Under the pieces are notes generated by a model. It ran no database searches, had not been told where the DNA came from, and saw only the letters and a program-made list of their open reading frames with translations. Of a stretch of 64,000 nucleotides of DNA, positions 51,976-64,000 are shown piece by piece; positions within the stretch are counted from its first letter, which is position 1; each line of letters opens with the position of its first letter. Location: the NCBI RefSeq assembly GCF_009914755.1, contig NC_060934.1. One strand, given 5' to 3'. The DNA comes from the human T2T-CHM13v2.0 reference genome, Homo sapiens. The position numbers were made by a program, and so were the translations under genes.

Positions 51976-52429
51976 CCAGTATTGTGAGACTGCAGAAAGT
52001 TGCGTTGCGCTGTCTGCCTCTTAGCATCAGCTTTCTGCTTGACTTCTCATTCTCTTGGCCCCATTCTACTTATGAGTCAGCAAACTCCTTAAGGATAAAG
52101 TGCTGCTATCAGTCTCCACTTCATCTCTATTCTTTCTGAATTTTGACTCCTTAATCCTAGTTTCCTTTGTACCTTGAACTTCATTTTTTTTCTTCCAAAT
52201 CCTATAAGACTGTAAAAATTCTGCTAAGGTAACATGCTTCCTGGTTGTTTCTTTTTATTCGGTTTCTCAGTTTGTTTGCACTGATGAAAAATTGACCGAT
52301 GTAGAGCAAAACAATGCAGAATATTGGACTCATCACAAGCCATTTCTCTTTTCTATCAGGTAACATCCACTCAAGTATTGTCTTCCTGCTGCTCTCTGAT
52401 GACCTTTGGCTGATTTTGTTAGATGGGTT

Positions 52430-53065
52430 TATCTGATACAAGCTTGTCCTTCATAGGTGGGATCACATATCTCTCTATTCCCATCTATTTCTGCTTGTAA
52501 TTTGACCAGTTCATTCCTGAGCTCATTCATTTCTTATAATTCCTTTCAAATCTTTCCAGTATCAGAGCTAAATACAGTCTACTACCATTCAACTGTCTAC
52601 TCTTTTTCCCTAAAAGAACAAGATCGTTAGCTTCATAATCTGTGCCCCTATTTACCTTTCATGATAGTTTTCTTCCTGCATTCTCAAATTGCAATTTTCA
52701 ACCTTACATCTAATTCCTTATTCAATGCCACATAATTTAGGTTTATCCAGAGTAGTAACGCATTCCTGATACCAATTTCTGGCTTAACAGAATGAAAGTT
52801 GATCACTCACTTGTGCTACATGTTGCTTTTGATTGAGATATAGCTTTGTTAGGCATAATTACTCAGAAAACAAGGGTGATGGCAGCTGTTCAGTCTTATA
52901 GTTCCACTATACAAAATGTCCTCTTTTTTTACTTTTGCTGACAATTTTGGTCATAGTATATTGGTTATAACTAGTCACATGGCAAAGCCTAACTGTAAGG
53001 GGGCTGGGAAATATAATCTATGTTCCTGAAAGGAAAAGAACTTGGATATTGGTAAGCACTAGTAA
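52430..53065 (-). mobile_element. Old MLT1-type LTR fragments
   Basis: cattcctgataccaatttctg; actagtcacatggcaaagcctaactgtaagggggctgggaaat; orientations may be mixed. Confidence 0.45.
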
Positions 53066-53084
53066 AGTGCACCTCGGTAGCTGA

Positions 53085-53451
<367 letters not shown>

Positions 53452-55384
53452 TGTTATATTCTTATAAAAAGTGTATAGCATAGCTATTAATAATTTTACA
53501 AGGCTGATGTAGATTTAGTGTTTGCCTACAGGTCACACAGCTAGTTAGTGCAGCAGCCTGGGTTTGAATCCAGAGTCTGACTCACTCTAACTCTGTGTAT
53601 TCCCCTCTTGTGCATAAAACATTTGTGCTGTAAGTATTTGTTGAATGCATAAATATTGTGTTATGGTAGTTGATATAGTTTCATTCAGCTTTCTATTGGG
53701 AAAATATTGTTATTTCAGAACTTTATTTGTGACGGACATCATTAGAGAAATATGTCATGTGTCATATGTCATCTATCATCTCTGAAATATGTCATCTATC
53801 ATGTCTTTAAATAACTGCTAGCTCAAAAGAGCTACATTCTGTAATTGGTTATTCACATCTATCCATGTATCATGTTAATTATCATCATCATTATAGTTAT
53901 CTCCCTTTTCATGTCTGACTTTAGAAGAGGAATCTGACTTCTGTAGCAAATGTGTCTATTAGTTTGAGTTGTAGGTTGCAAAAGTAGGTACAGTAAAGAA
54001 CTACGCATTCTGCTTAATAAAAATAAAGTATGTATTTTATGGATTTAATTGATATACTTCGTATGGGATTTTCAATATCAGTAGTATGGTATTACATTAA
54101 ATTATGATTGGCACCATGCATATTTTAGTAGTAAAATCATTAAGTTATTTTGCTTAAGAAATTGGTCTTGGAAGAGCACACCTTTTGTGTCCTTTAGTTG
54201 TATATTCTGTGTGGGGCAAGACTGTGTCTTATAAAAATATCTTAAATCTCTCATTTTTATGGAATGTGAACTTAAATCTTATGTATGTGAGAGATGTGAA
54301 CTGACACATAATACCTAGGACTGTTTCCCCTAAACATTTATAATTTATGTCAAAGAACAGTTGTCCTATTATACAATACAAAATGTGGTATATTGGTATA
54401 TAAATATGAAATCATAAATTAAGATGAAATGCATTATTCATATATTAGGAAGAGAGTAGATTGCCTACTATGTGCCAGACACTGCAAGCTGCTATAGGGT
54501 GATGCTTCATATCTATTTAAAGGAAATTGGTAAGTTTACATAACCTGAATTTAAAAATGGGCACTTTTGCTCCCAATTTTTATGTCATTATGAGCAATCC
54601 CTGCATGGCAGTACCTCCTAAGCTTCTAAAATGAATAAGAAATGCTTCTAAAGGATGAGAATATTAAGTTTAAAGAAAGATGAGGGAAGTTTCTGTGAAA
54701 TTAATCTTATGTCAGGAACGTCCTTGGGAGGAGAAATGGAAAATCACTGCTGCTATCACCCTTCCAGTTATAAAAAGAGGTTCATCGTTTTGGAATTAAC
54801 TTGCTATGAAAAGAGCCTTAATTATCAGGTGTTTTGTATAACCATTTTTTTTTTACAGAAAAATGTTTGTAACTTTGTGTGTTTTCCCTCTGAGATGGAT
54901 GTGCTTTCTCTGCTAATTTTGGAGCCCTGCTGGTTCCTTTTCATCATTCAAATAGGACACAGCAGAGAGTGGCTGTCAATAAAAGAGCAATTTGTCTTTT
55001 AAACAGAACACACATAACAGCTCCTTTGCTGCCATAGCTATTGATTACAGCCTGAAGGGTTTGCCCCTCTTTTCAAGAGTCTTAAGATCACTGCTTCATA
55101 TTGTTAACAAGGTTAAATTCCACTCAATTCCTTTTGCATAACTCAAACCGACATACAAGATTGAAAGCTGAATTTTTACTTCTTCGTGTTGCATTTCATA
55201 GTTATTAAGAAATTACACATATAGAGAAACTTGAGTTATCTTTGTAGGTTGTTATTGCAATGGGTTTTTTTTGTTTTTTATTTACAAAATTAGTTTTAAA
55301 TTACAAACTCAATTTTAAAAGGGCCATTTTGGTATTGGCATATATTTTAAGAAAAGGCCTAAGAGCTTCTGATTTGCAAATAAG

Positions 55385-55782
55385 TCAGACATAATAAGTG
55401 AGGTAATGCTGTGATAATGAACAATCTCTACAACTTAGGGACTTAAAGTAGCAAAGGCTTATTTCTTGCCCACATAGCATGTCCATCCTAAGCTACCTGT
55501 GAGCTTCCTTCATGTCCTTCTTATTCCAGGACCAAGGACAATGTAACCATCATCTGAAACATTTCAAGTTGCATGTCAGAGAAAAATAAAATGTAATACA
55601 GATACACTGGTTCTTAAGGCTTTCTTCTGGTAGTGATACACAACACTCCTGCTCACATCTTCATGGGACAAAGAGAGTCACATGGCTATGCCAAAATTCA
55701 AGTGCATACAAAAAGTTTAATTCTGCCATGTGCTCAGGAGAAGAAGCAAAATATTTGTTAATAGTCTTAAAGTCTACCACAG
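55385..55782 (-). mobile_element. Old MLT1 (K/L-like) LTR
   Basis: ggtaatgctgtgataatgaacaatc, agtcacatggctatgcc, gtctaccaca end. Confidence 0.55.
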
Positions 55783-56318
55783 AAATCATATACACATTTT
55801 GGTATATTTTAAGAATGTGTATTTTCAGAGAATTTTGTGATTTAGGAAATTTTTTCTAGGTTCTTTATATTATCTCAATTTATGGCAGAAATATTTAGAA
55901 TTTATCTAAAGAAGTATAAATGCACATGGACTGTAATAAACTTTTTTGACAAAGTAGCATCTGTGTAATGTCCAGACCTTCTAATCTGGATATCATTACC
56001 TTGTTATAGTTACTCATAAGGTTAATCTTCTTTTGATGACAAACTAATTCTTGACGGAAAGCTTTAACTTGGAACTTTAATGACCACAGATAATTAATTG
56101 AGAGTCATTAAACATAGAGTCTACTATGGAAACCATGCATAGTTTCTTGAATTAATTAATTTGATATAATCCTCAAATAATAACAGAAGTTAAGGCTAGT
56201 CTTGTTTAAAACTTCAAATCTTATAAATCCCAAATTGCAAATTCAAAATCCTCTCCTGACTGCAAATATTTCAGTGCTGTTATATAACTGTTCTCTGGGT
56301 ATTAAGCTATTATACAAT

Positions 56319-56719
56319 TGTTAAGTTTAGCCTAAAGCTCCTTCCTTGCATATTTTAAGTGTAGCATAAAGGCTTCTCTATAGGTAGTGAACCACAAACT
56401 AACTGGATGTGTTAACATACTGTACTCTACTCTTGTGCCAATCACTGACGTTCAGCCAATCAAGGATGGACAACTGTTCAAACCATGTTCAAATAAGGCA
56501 AACAAACACTGAGCTAGAACTGACCCAGCTGTCTCTACTCCTCAGTTCTGTCTTCTGTACACCACTTTCCTTTTTCTGTTTATAAATCTTCCTCCACGCA
56601 GCTGACCAAGCTGGAGTATCTGAATCTGCTGTGATTCTGGGGCCTGCCCAATTTACAAATCATTCTTTACTCAGTTAAACTCTGTTAGATTTAATTTGTC
56701 TGAAGGTTTTCTTTTAACA
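56319..56719 (+). mobile_element. MER57-family ERV1 solo LTR
   Basis: tgttaagtttagcctaaagct...ttcaaataaggcaaac...ggttttcttttaaca; near-TSD caat/cagt. Confidence 0.85.
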
Positions 56720-57527
56720 CAGTTTTCCTAAAATTGATGCTGTTTTCCTATTGAAAAAAGCTTTAAATCTAGTTCAATGGTTCTTGAATTTGGTTGAACA
56801 TTAGAATATCCAAAGTAACATACTAAACCTTTTTTATGGGTTTGTAGCTCAGGAAATGCCAGATGAGGGGATTTGGGAGGAAGCCTGAAATGTGTGTTAC
56901 TCTGGAGATGATAATAAAATAATATCTTCCACTAAATATGTCAAATATTTTTGTAGATATACTAACTAATTATTGGGTGGTCACTCTTGTAAACAGAGAA
57001 AATGAAGCTCAGTCAGGTGGCAAGCACGGAGATTAGGAAAGTCAGAGTGAGACAGAGGTTATCCTTTGTTTTTACTAATAGTGTGATTTTGGACAAATTA
57101 GAGTTTTTTCTTTAAAGGTACATGACAGAAGTAAGTAATATATGTAATATATTTCTTGGCACACAGACTTTAAACAATATTGGCTTATATTGTGATTGTT
57201 CTTTCGGTTTATTATAGTTTTTGCAACTTTTGCTCCTGATATTATCTCAATTGAACTTTATGTAAGTTTTGACATTAAATTTAAGTTTCATAAATAGTAA
57301 AAGAAAGATGTCAGAATTATGAGTTCTTTTTCTTTTCTTTTTGAAAAATGTTCCAGGATACAAGAACCCTTTGGCTTCTGGGTTGATGTTAATTAAAATG
57401 AACTTTTTGGAAAGTTATTTTTCAGGTTATTTTGACATTATATTTCAAAATAGTTTGAGAGTTTTAGGGGGAAAATCTTTTAATATTGCGCCATTAAAAA
57501 CATTTTCTATTTAATGTTTACCATTAT

Positions 57528-57833
<306 letters not shown>

Positions 57834-57849
57834 AAAGGTGGCATTTTAA

Positions 57850-58102
57850 AAATCTTTTTTATTGTACATATTTAAAGTGTAAAATACGATGTTTTAATAT
57901 ACATATACTTAATGTAATGATTATTGCAGTAAAGCAACTAACATTTTCATTCCTTATACGGTTACCATTTTGTATGCTCATGGCAAAAGAACCTAAAATC
58001 TACTGTCTTAGCAAATTTTCAGTATATATTACAGTATCATTAATAATAGTAATCATTCTGCACATTAGCCCTTTTCATCCTGTGTAACTCCAACTTTCTA
58101 AC
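57850..58102 (-). mobile_element. L1MA 3' end
   Basis: ttattgtacatatttaaagtgt, cctaaaatctactgtcttagcaaattttcagtata. Confidence 0.7.
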
Positions 58103-58695
58103 TGTAAGGGGGAAGATAATTTCCTTTCCTTCCTTCTGAAGCATTGATAATTTGAGTCTATAAAGCAAACTGATAATAGACAGATTAGCAGAAAAAAAGC
58201 ACACACATTTATCATGTGCACAAGAGTCCTGCAAAATATGAAAACTTAATGAAAGTGCCAGATGGCTCAAGGTTTTATACTGTCCTTAGGTCACAGAAAG
58301 AATAGGGGCTTGAAGCACTGCAGGACAGTTTATGGGAGGGAGAGAGAAGGAAAGGCATGGAGCAAAGGTGGTCTTGTTATACAGATGAAACTTGACAGGT
58401 AGCAGCTCTCAAAGAGTATGTGGTTGCCTATGGTACAAGTTTCTTTGTCAGACCCCTAGTCTCCTTTTCCTGTGAGATAATTATTCCAAGATCTAAGGAG
58501 AGGAGTGTTCATAAAAGGCCTGTTCGCCTCTGCTGTTTATTTCACTTTACTAATGTAAATTTCCTCTGCAGATACAAATCTGCCCCACAAATAGACAGCC
58601 TTTCAGCTATTCTTGTGTTTGCAACCCCTTTGAATAGCCATCTTGAAATATGCTGAGACATATACTTTGGGGTAAAATATTTTGTATTTTGTTCA
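58103..58695 (-). mobile_element. MER34/MER39-like ERV1 LTR
   Basis: tgtaagggg ... gccatcttgaaatatg...ctttggggtaaaatattttg...ttca. Confidence 0.7.
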
Positions 58696-58875
58696 TAATT
58701 GTGCATTTTTTTTATATTAAGATAATTTATGCATTCCCTCATGGAGCCTATAAATGGGATGAGACAGTTGTAGAAGCTTGATGGTGTTTTATCAAATGTA
58801 TTAAAAATTTACATGATTTTAAAAATATCTCTTGATAGATGGGGGAGAAAAATAAGTCTGTTTTTTTTGTCATTA

Positions 58876-59185
<310 letters not shown>

Positions 59186-59361
59186 ATCACATTATTTAGA
59201 TAAGCTTCTTCAGACACTTATTTTACAGCTCAAGAAATGGAGGCCTAGAGCATTTAAGTCACTTGCCTAAACAAGAAAAGGTAAAGAAAATGGAAGGTAA
59301 TGGGAGCATAATATCTAAGTCACTGAAATCAGGCATTTTTCTCAAATACTAATAGATTGGC

Positions 59362-61612
59362 TATAAAAGAAACCAAAATATTTTACCCCAAAATATTGTC
59401 ATGAGATCCTTGGAGTATTGCTCTGCCAGCCCAAAACCTTTGTGACCCGTGGCATCTTCTGCATGAGTATTGCTTGCGCCCATTGGGCTTGTTCCGCCCA
59501 CTCGGCCTGGCAGGCTGTGGTTGGCTTGTGCTGCTGGCCCAGATCCCATGCCTCCCAATGGCAAGCCAGGCACAGAACAGTGAGGGGTGTGTGCACAAGC
59601 TCAGGGTCCAGCCACTGTGCAAAGCCAGGTGTGCCAGCTGCAACAGGGTGGGCAGTTCCAGGCACCCGCACAGCTGCTGACAGAGGCTGCAGCTGAACCA
59701 GATGTACTACACGAGGCTTCCACTGTGGGCATCCACGTCTGGATGAGGGGAATGCAGTGGCACCCAGAAGCTTGGAGATGCCAGGAACGACAGAGCCACA
59801 AAGAGGATGTCACAGCCCTGTCTTGGGGAGCCCCTAGGTCTGAGGTCCCTTGAAGGGCAGCAGCTCTTCTCTCCTTCTCATTGCCCACAGTGTGTTGGGC
59901 CAGGGGGTTGAGGGCAAAGTTTCAGCCCTGTTTGTGTTACAGCCTTTTCAGTCACGCCATTCAGCAGGTCCCATGTTCTTGTCCTGCATCCAGGAAGAAT
60001 GACGTACACAGACAACTGGAGAGTGAGTAAGGTGGAGAGAAGCTTCATTGAGCGACAGCTCTCAGGAGACCCAAAGTGGGTACCGCAGGCATGTCATCCC
60101 GAGTGTCCAGCTCTCAGCAGAGGAGACTGACAGTGGATAGCTCCTTTCCATAGGCAGGTTGTCCTGATGAGTCAAGGAGACCCGACATGGGTAGCTCCCT
60201 CCTGCTGCTGGTAGTCCTGGTGAGTCAAAGAGACCTGAAGTGGGTAGTTCTTTCCCGCATCTGGTGGTCCTCACATCTGTCTGAGTCTGACTCAGTCTGT
60301 TCTTTTTATGGGCTCAGAAGGGAGAAAGTGTGTGCTGATTGGTCCATGGGTAGCCATGGGTGGGCCCAGAAAAAGCACCATAATTTCTCAGTCCAGGTCA
60401 CAGATTTCACCCAGAACTAGCAGTCCAGCCCACAGGCTTCAGGCTGGCCCTGGCTTGAAAGTGGGGTTTCACCAGGGACCCGCCCCTTTCCACCCAGGAA
60501 CCTGTCTGCCTCCAGCTATAAACATGCCATTCATGGCACCCAGGCTGTTTGCACCAAGGGACACCTGCAGCCCCATGCAGAGCTGCCCTTAGTGCCCCCA
60601 GGCCTCCCTTCTGCACTAGTCAGTGACCAAAGTCCTGTGGGGGCCCAGGTGGCAAGGGGGGCTGCTGTGTCAGCACTGCCCTGAGCATGCACACACTCAG
60701 CAAGCTTGCAACAGTGCCCGGACTTGACCACAACTTTGCTCCAAAATCAAAGTGGGCACTGGGAGCAGGGAGAGGCCGGGGAGTGGGAGCAGGCACTTTT
60801 GAGCTTGCAGGGGCTGGGGGGCTTCCTGCGCCCCGGAGAAAACAGGGATGCTGAGGTCTGGAGACATGGCTGGGTGGTTGTGGCTGGCGTGGGAGCATGG
60901 AGCTCCTGCCCTGTCAACTCGGTAAGGGGGCAGGGCTCCTGCCTCTCTTCCTGGCTCCCTCTGGACCCAGAGCGCACGACCCAGCCGCAGCTCACCGGCT
61001 GCAGCCAGCCTCTTCACAGCAGCTCCTCCAGATAGGCTGCTGCTGCCATCAATATGGCTGAACGAAACTAGCAACTTCAGGTCTCTCGGATTACTTCCCC
61101 TTCTCTTAACCCTTTGTCTCTTTCAAAGCACAGAATGAGGCTGTTCTCTTCAGTTCCCTTTTCTACCTGGAAATCCCCCAGAACAAACACAATTGCCTTC
61201 CTTGTCCTCCCTGAAATCTCATTATCTATCTCAGACAACTGAGGAATGCAACCACACCTGGATGGACCTGTTACAAGATAGTGCCTGCCTCTCAGGCTCA
61301 TTCGAATTTCAAAGAGAATCATTTACAAGTTAATTTCTGTACCCTGGGCCTACTCATTGTCCCTAATAATCATTCACTGCTCCTCAAAGAGTTGTCTACA
61401 TTCCCCATCTTCCATCCCCTATGAGGAAGGGTATATAAGCTTTTATACTCCATTTGCTTATTGGGTAATCATTATCTTACCCTGTGATTCTCCCCATGCA
61501 ATGCACATTAAAATAAATTTTGTATGCCTTTTCCCCTATTAATTTGCCTTTTGTCAACTGGTTGTCAGCAAAACTGCAGAGGGGGACATGGATATTTTTC
61601 CTTGGTCCCTAC
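59362..61612 (+). mobile_element. MER34-like ERV1 LTR split by MER52 (59362-59396 and 61052-61612)
   Basis: aaaccaaaatattttaccccaaaatat start; taaaataaattttgtatgccttttcccctattaatttgcc...ggtccctac end. Confidence 0.7.
59397..61051 (-). mobile_element. MER52-family solo LTR, 1655 bp, GC-rich
   Basis: Minus strand starts tgatggcagcagcagcc, ends ggatctcatgaca; 4-bp TSD atat (59393-59396, 61052-61055). Confidence 0.85.
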
Positions 61613-62161
61613 CACTAACTTGCTAAAATTTGTTTTATCAGAAAGAATCTGAATATATGCAAATGAAATCTCATCAATGATTATGGGTGTTCACTAGTCT
61701 AAATATGATTGTTTACTATATAATATAGCTGCAATAGCATACTCATTTGAAATAAAATATTTAACATGTTGAAGTAGAATAGAACAATACTATAAAGTTA
61801 AATAATTTAATTTTCATAAGTGCAAGAGCTTGAGGAAAGCAGGCTTAATTGGAAATTATGGAAATTTTCTAAGATTTTGAAGAGATGTGGTGGTGAAAGA
61901 TGCTGGCTTTCCTTTTAGCTGTCACTTCAAAATATATAGCTCCCTCTTACCTATCTGCAGATGTAGTACTAGATCTAACACTAAGAAGCCACAATTAAAG
62001 TCATAAAATGAACCAAAAGATGCTAGAGATGGACTGAGAGAGAAAGCTGAAATAGGGCAGAGAGAGGGAGAAAAGCAGAGGCAGGTGATTGATTTCCTGA
62101 TGAAACTGATGAGAGGAAACCACAGGCAAGTCTTAAAGTGGGTGTAAGTCTGTGTGAGAAA

Positions 62162-63060
62162 TGTTGATGAAAAAAGCCAAACTTTGTAAAATATTTAAAG
62201 AGGTTTATTCTGAGATAAATGTGAGTGACCACGGGCCAAGGCACAGTCTCAAGAGCTCCTGACACCATGTGCCCAAAATGGTTGGGTTACAGCTTGGTTT
62301 TATACATTTTAGAGAGATGTAATTCACCAATCAATACATGTGAGGTATATATTGGTTCAGCCCAGAAAGGTGGGACAACTCGAAGCACAGGTTCTGAGGT
62401 GCTTACAGGTCATAGGTAGATTCAAAGATTTCCTGACCTGCAATGGGTTGAGAGTTAAGTTATTACCTAAAGACCTGGAATCAATAGAAAGGAGTGTCTG
62501 TCAAAAGATAAGGCATTGTGGAGATCAAGGTTCTTATTACATAGATGAAGTCTCATAGAGGACCAACCTTAGAGACAATAGATGATCTATTTAGACCTTT
62601 AAGAGGTGCCATACTCTCAGTTAGTCTCTTCACAGTTGGGAAGGCCTGGAATGGGAGAGATCTATTTACGTTAATATAGATTCTTTACAGATGCATATTT
62701 CCCCCCACAGAAGACAGTTTTGCAGGACCATTTGAAAATATGGCAAATAAACATATTTGAGGTAAAATATTTTGATTTCCTTCTTTATGTGTCATGTGAT
62801 GTCAGACTAGAGTCAGGTTGGAATTAGATATCTTATTGATACAAAGAGTCTGTTTTGTCAGTCTTAAGATCTCTGTTTTAATGTTAATGCTGATCAGTTG
62901 CACCTGAACTCCAAAAGGAAGCGAGTAGAAAGAAGCATGTCTGACCCTCTCTTTTCTGTCATGGCCTGACCTACCTTTTCAGGTTTCCTTGGGTTTGCTT
63001 GGCTCAGAGTGAGATCCATTCAGTCAGTTGAGGGGCTTAAAATTTTATTTTTGATTTACG
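62162..63060 (-). mobile_element. MER4-family ERV1 solo LTR
   Basis: tgttgatgaaaaaagccaaact...gaggtttattctgag...cagcttggttttatacattttag...aattttatttttgatttac; near-TSD gaaa/gaag. Confidence 0.8.
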
Positions 63061-63119
63061 GAAGTGTTTCCAGAGACAGATCAATTAGTCATGAAAGATC
63101 AAAAGGGAGTTTATGAATA

Positions 63120-63665
63120 AGTAATTCAAAATAAAAGCTATTGGAAATTTAAACTATTTTGAGCCTTAAAGGAATGTGATTATGGGCCCTTAGTCATGTG
63201 ACAGGCAGCTGTAACCTTTGTTCCTCTGATTGTAGATTAGCCTTTTGTTTATCTACATTGTTTTGCAAAATGTTGTAAAAGACTAAAGGGTGCCAGAGAA
63301 GACCCCCTTCCCTTTCCACTGTTGATTTTCATTATAGATTAACTTCCTTTTTTTTCTTTTATACAAAGGCCTCAAAACTATCACATCACATTGTCTATGA
63401 TGGAATGTTAAATATATTCTTAAATTGGAAAAGGAAAACAACTGTAACTAACCAAACTGCTGTAACTCATAAACCAGCCTTTTGTGAAAAATGTTGTAAT
63501 CTTGTCATTGATTTGTTTTCTGCCTATATAAGCATGAATTGTCAGCTTTGGAGCACTTACCTTGTTTCTTTGGAGTCTGCGTTAGTCGAGTGGCTATTCT
63601 CAGCTTTGCAATTGAATAAACTCTTTTAAAATGGATTATGATTATTTTTATTATTTCAGGTTGAA
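63120..63665 (+). mobile_element. LTR24-like ERV1 LTR
   Basis: gtaattcaaaataaaagct...gagccttaaaggaatgtgattatggg...gcctatataagc...aataaactc...tttcaggttga. Confidence 0.6.
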
Positions 63666-64000
63666 AGGAAGAAGCAAAAATATCAGGCTAGATGAATTCC
63701 TAACAGGAAACAATATCTGGGTATTGAAAGAAGTGCAGTTGAAGAAACATATGGATGGCTGTGAGTTGTGTGTGTACCCGGAGTTTGCTAGGTCAGGAGT
63801 TTATTTCTCAATGAACATATGTACAGGGGTTTAATGGTTCTGGTCTATCTTTTAGAATATAACTGATTAGTTATTTATTTTGTCCTAGAAATATCTACAT
63901 ATGTTTTAATCTTGGAAGAGACCTAAAATATTTTTAGTGATAAACAAATACTTTTGCTGCTAAAAGTGCAAAAATCACACACTCTGGCTTTCCTGTTCAT

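Noticed and set aside
59361-61074. Many overlapping 60-125 aa ORFs on both strands
   Set aside because: Expected from the stop-poor, GC-rich MER52 LTR; no recognisable domain or consistent frame.
63645-63770. Possible coding exon tttcag/GTTGAAAGG...GGCT/gtgagt with an open frame
   Set aside because: The acceptor is the terminus of the LTR24-like element and the peptide resembles nothing I know.

Overview
Primate, human-like, AT-rich, repeat-dominated genomic DNA (Alu, MIR, L1, L2, MaLR and ERV1 LTRs) with no host protein-coding exon I can support. The centrepiece is a full-length 9.7-kb class I (gammaretrovirus-like) provirus on the minus strand (41368-51089, 4-bp TSD AGAT, tRNA-Thr PBS, LTR6-type LTRs about 7% diverged by hand count), i.e. 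HERV-T/HERV-S71. Its gag, pro-pol and env are disrupted. Three things inside it stand out: (1) a frameshift-free ~300-codon pre-gag frame in the long leader, with a Cys/His cluster and a C-terminal transmembrane segment; (2) a consensus splice donor plus an acceptor-like sequence 1 nt before the gag ATG that would excise that frame; (3) an intact MLV-like readthrough pseudoknot behind a UGA, not UAG, gag stop. Elsewhere are nested LTR insertions, an LTR1 element whose right end retains PBS sequence, a 157-bp local inverted duplication, templated-insertion scars and a MADE1 hairpin. Repeat subfamily names come from recalled consensus sequences, not a database search, and the edges of old elements are approximate.
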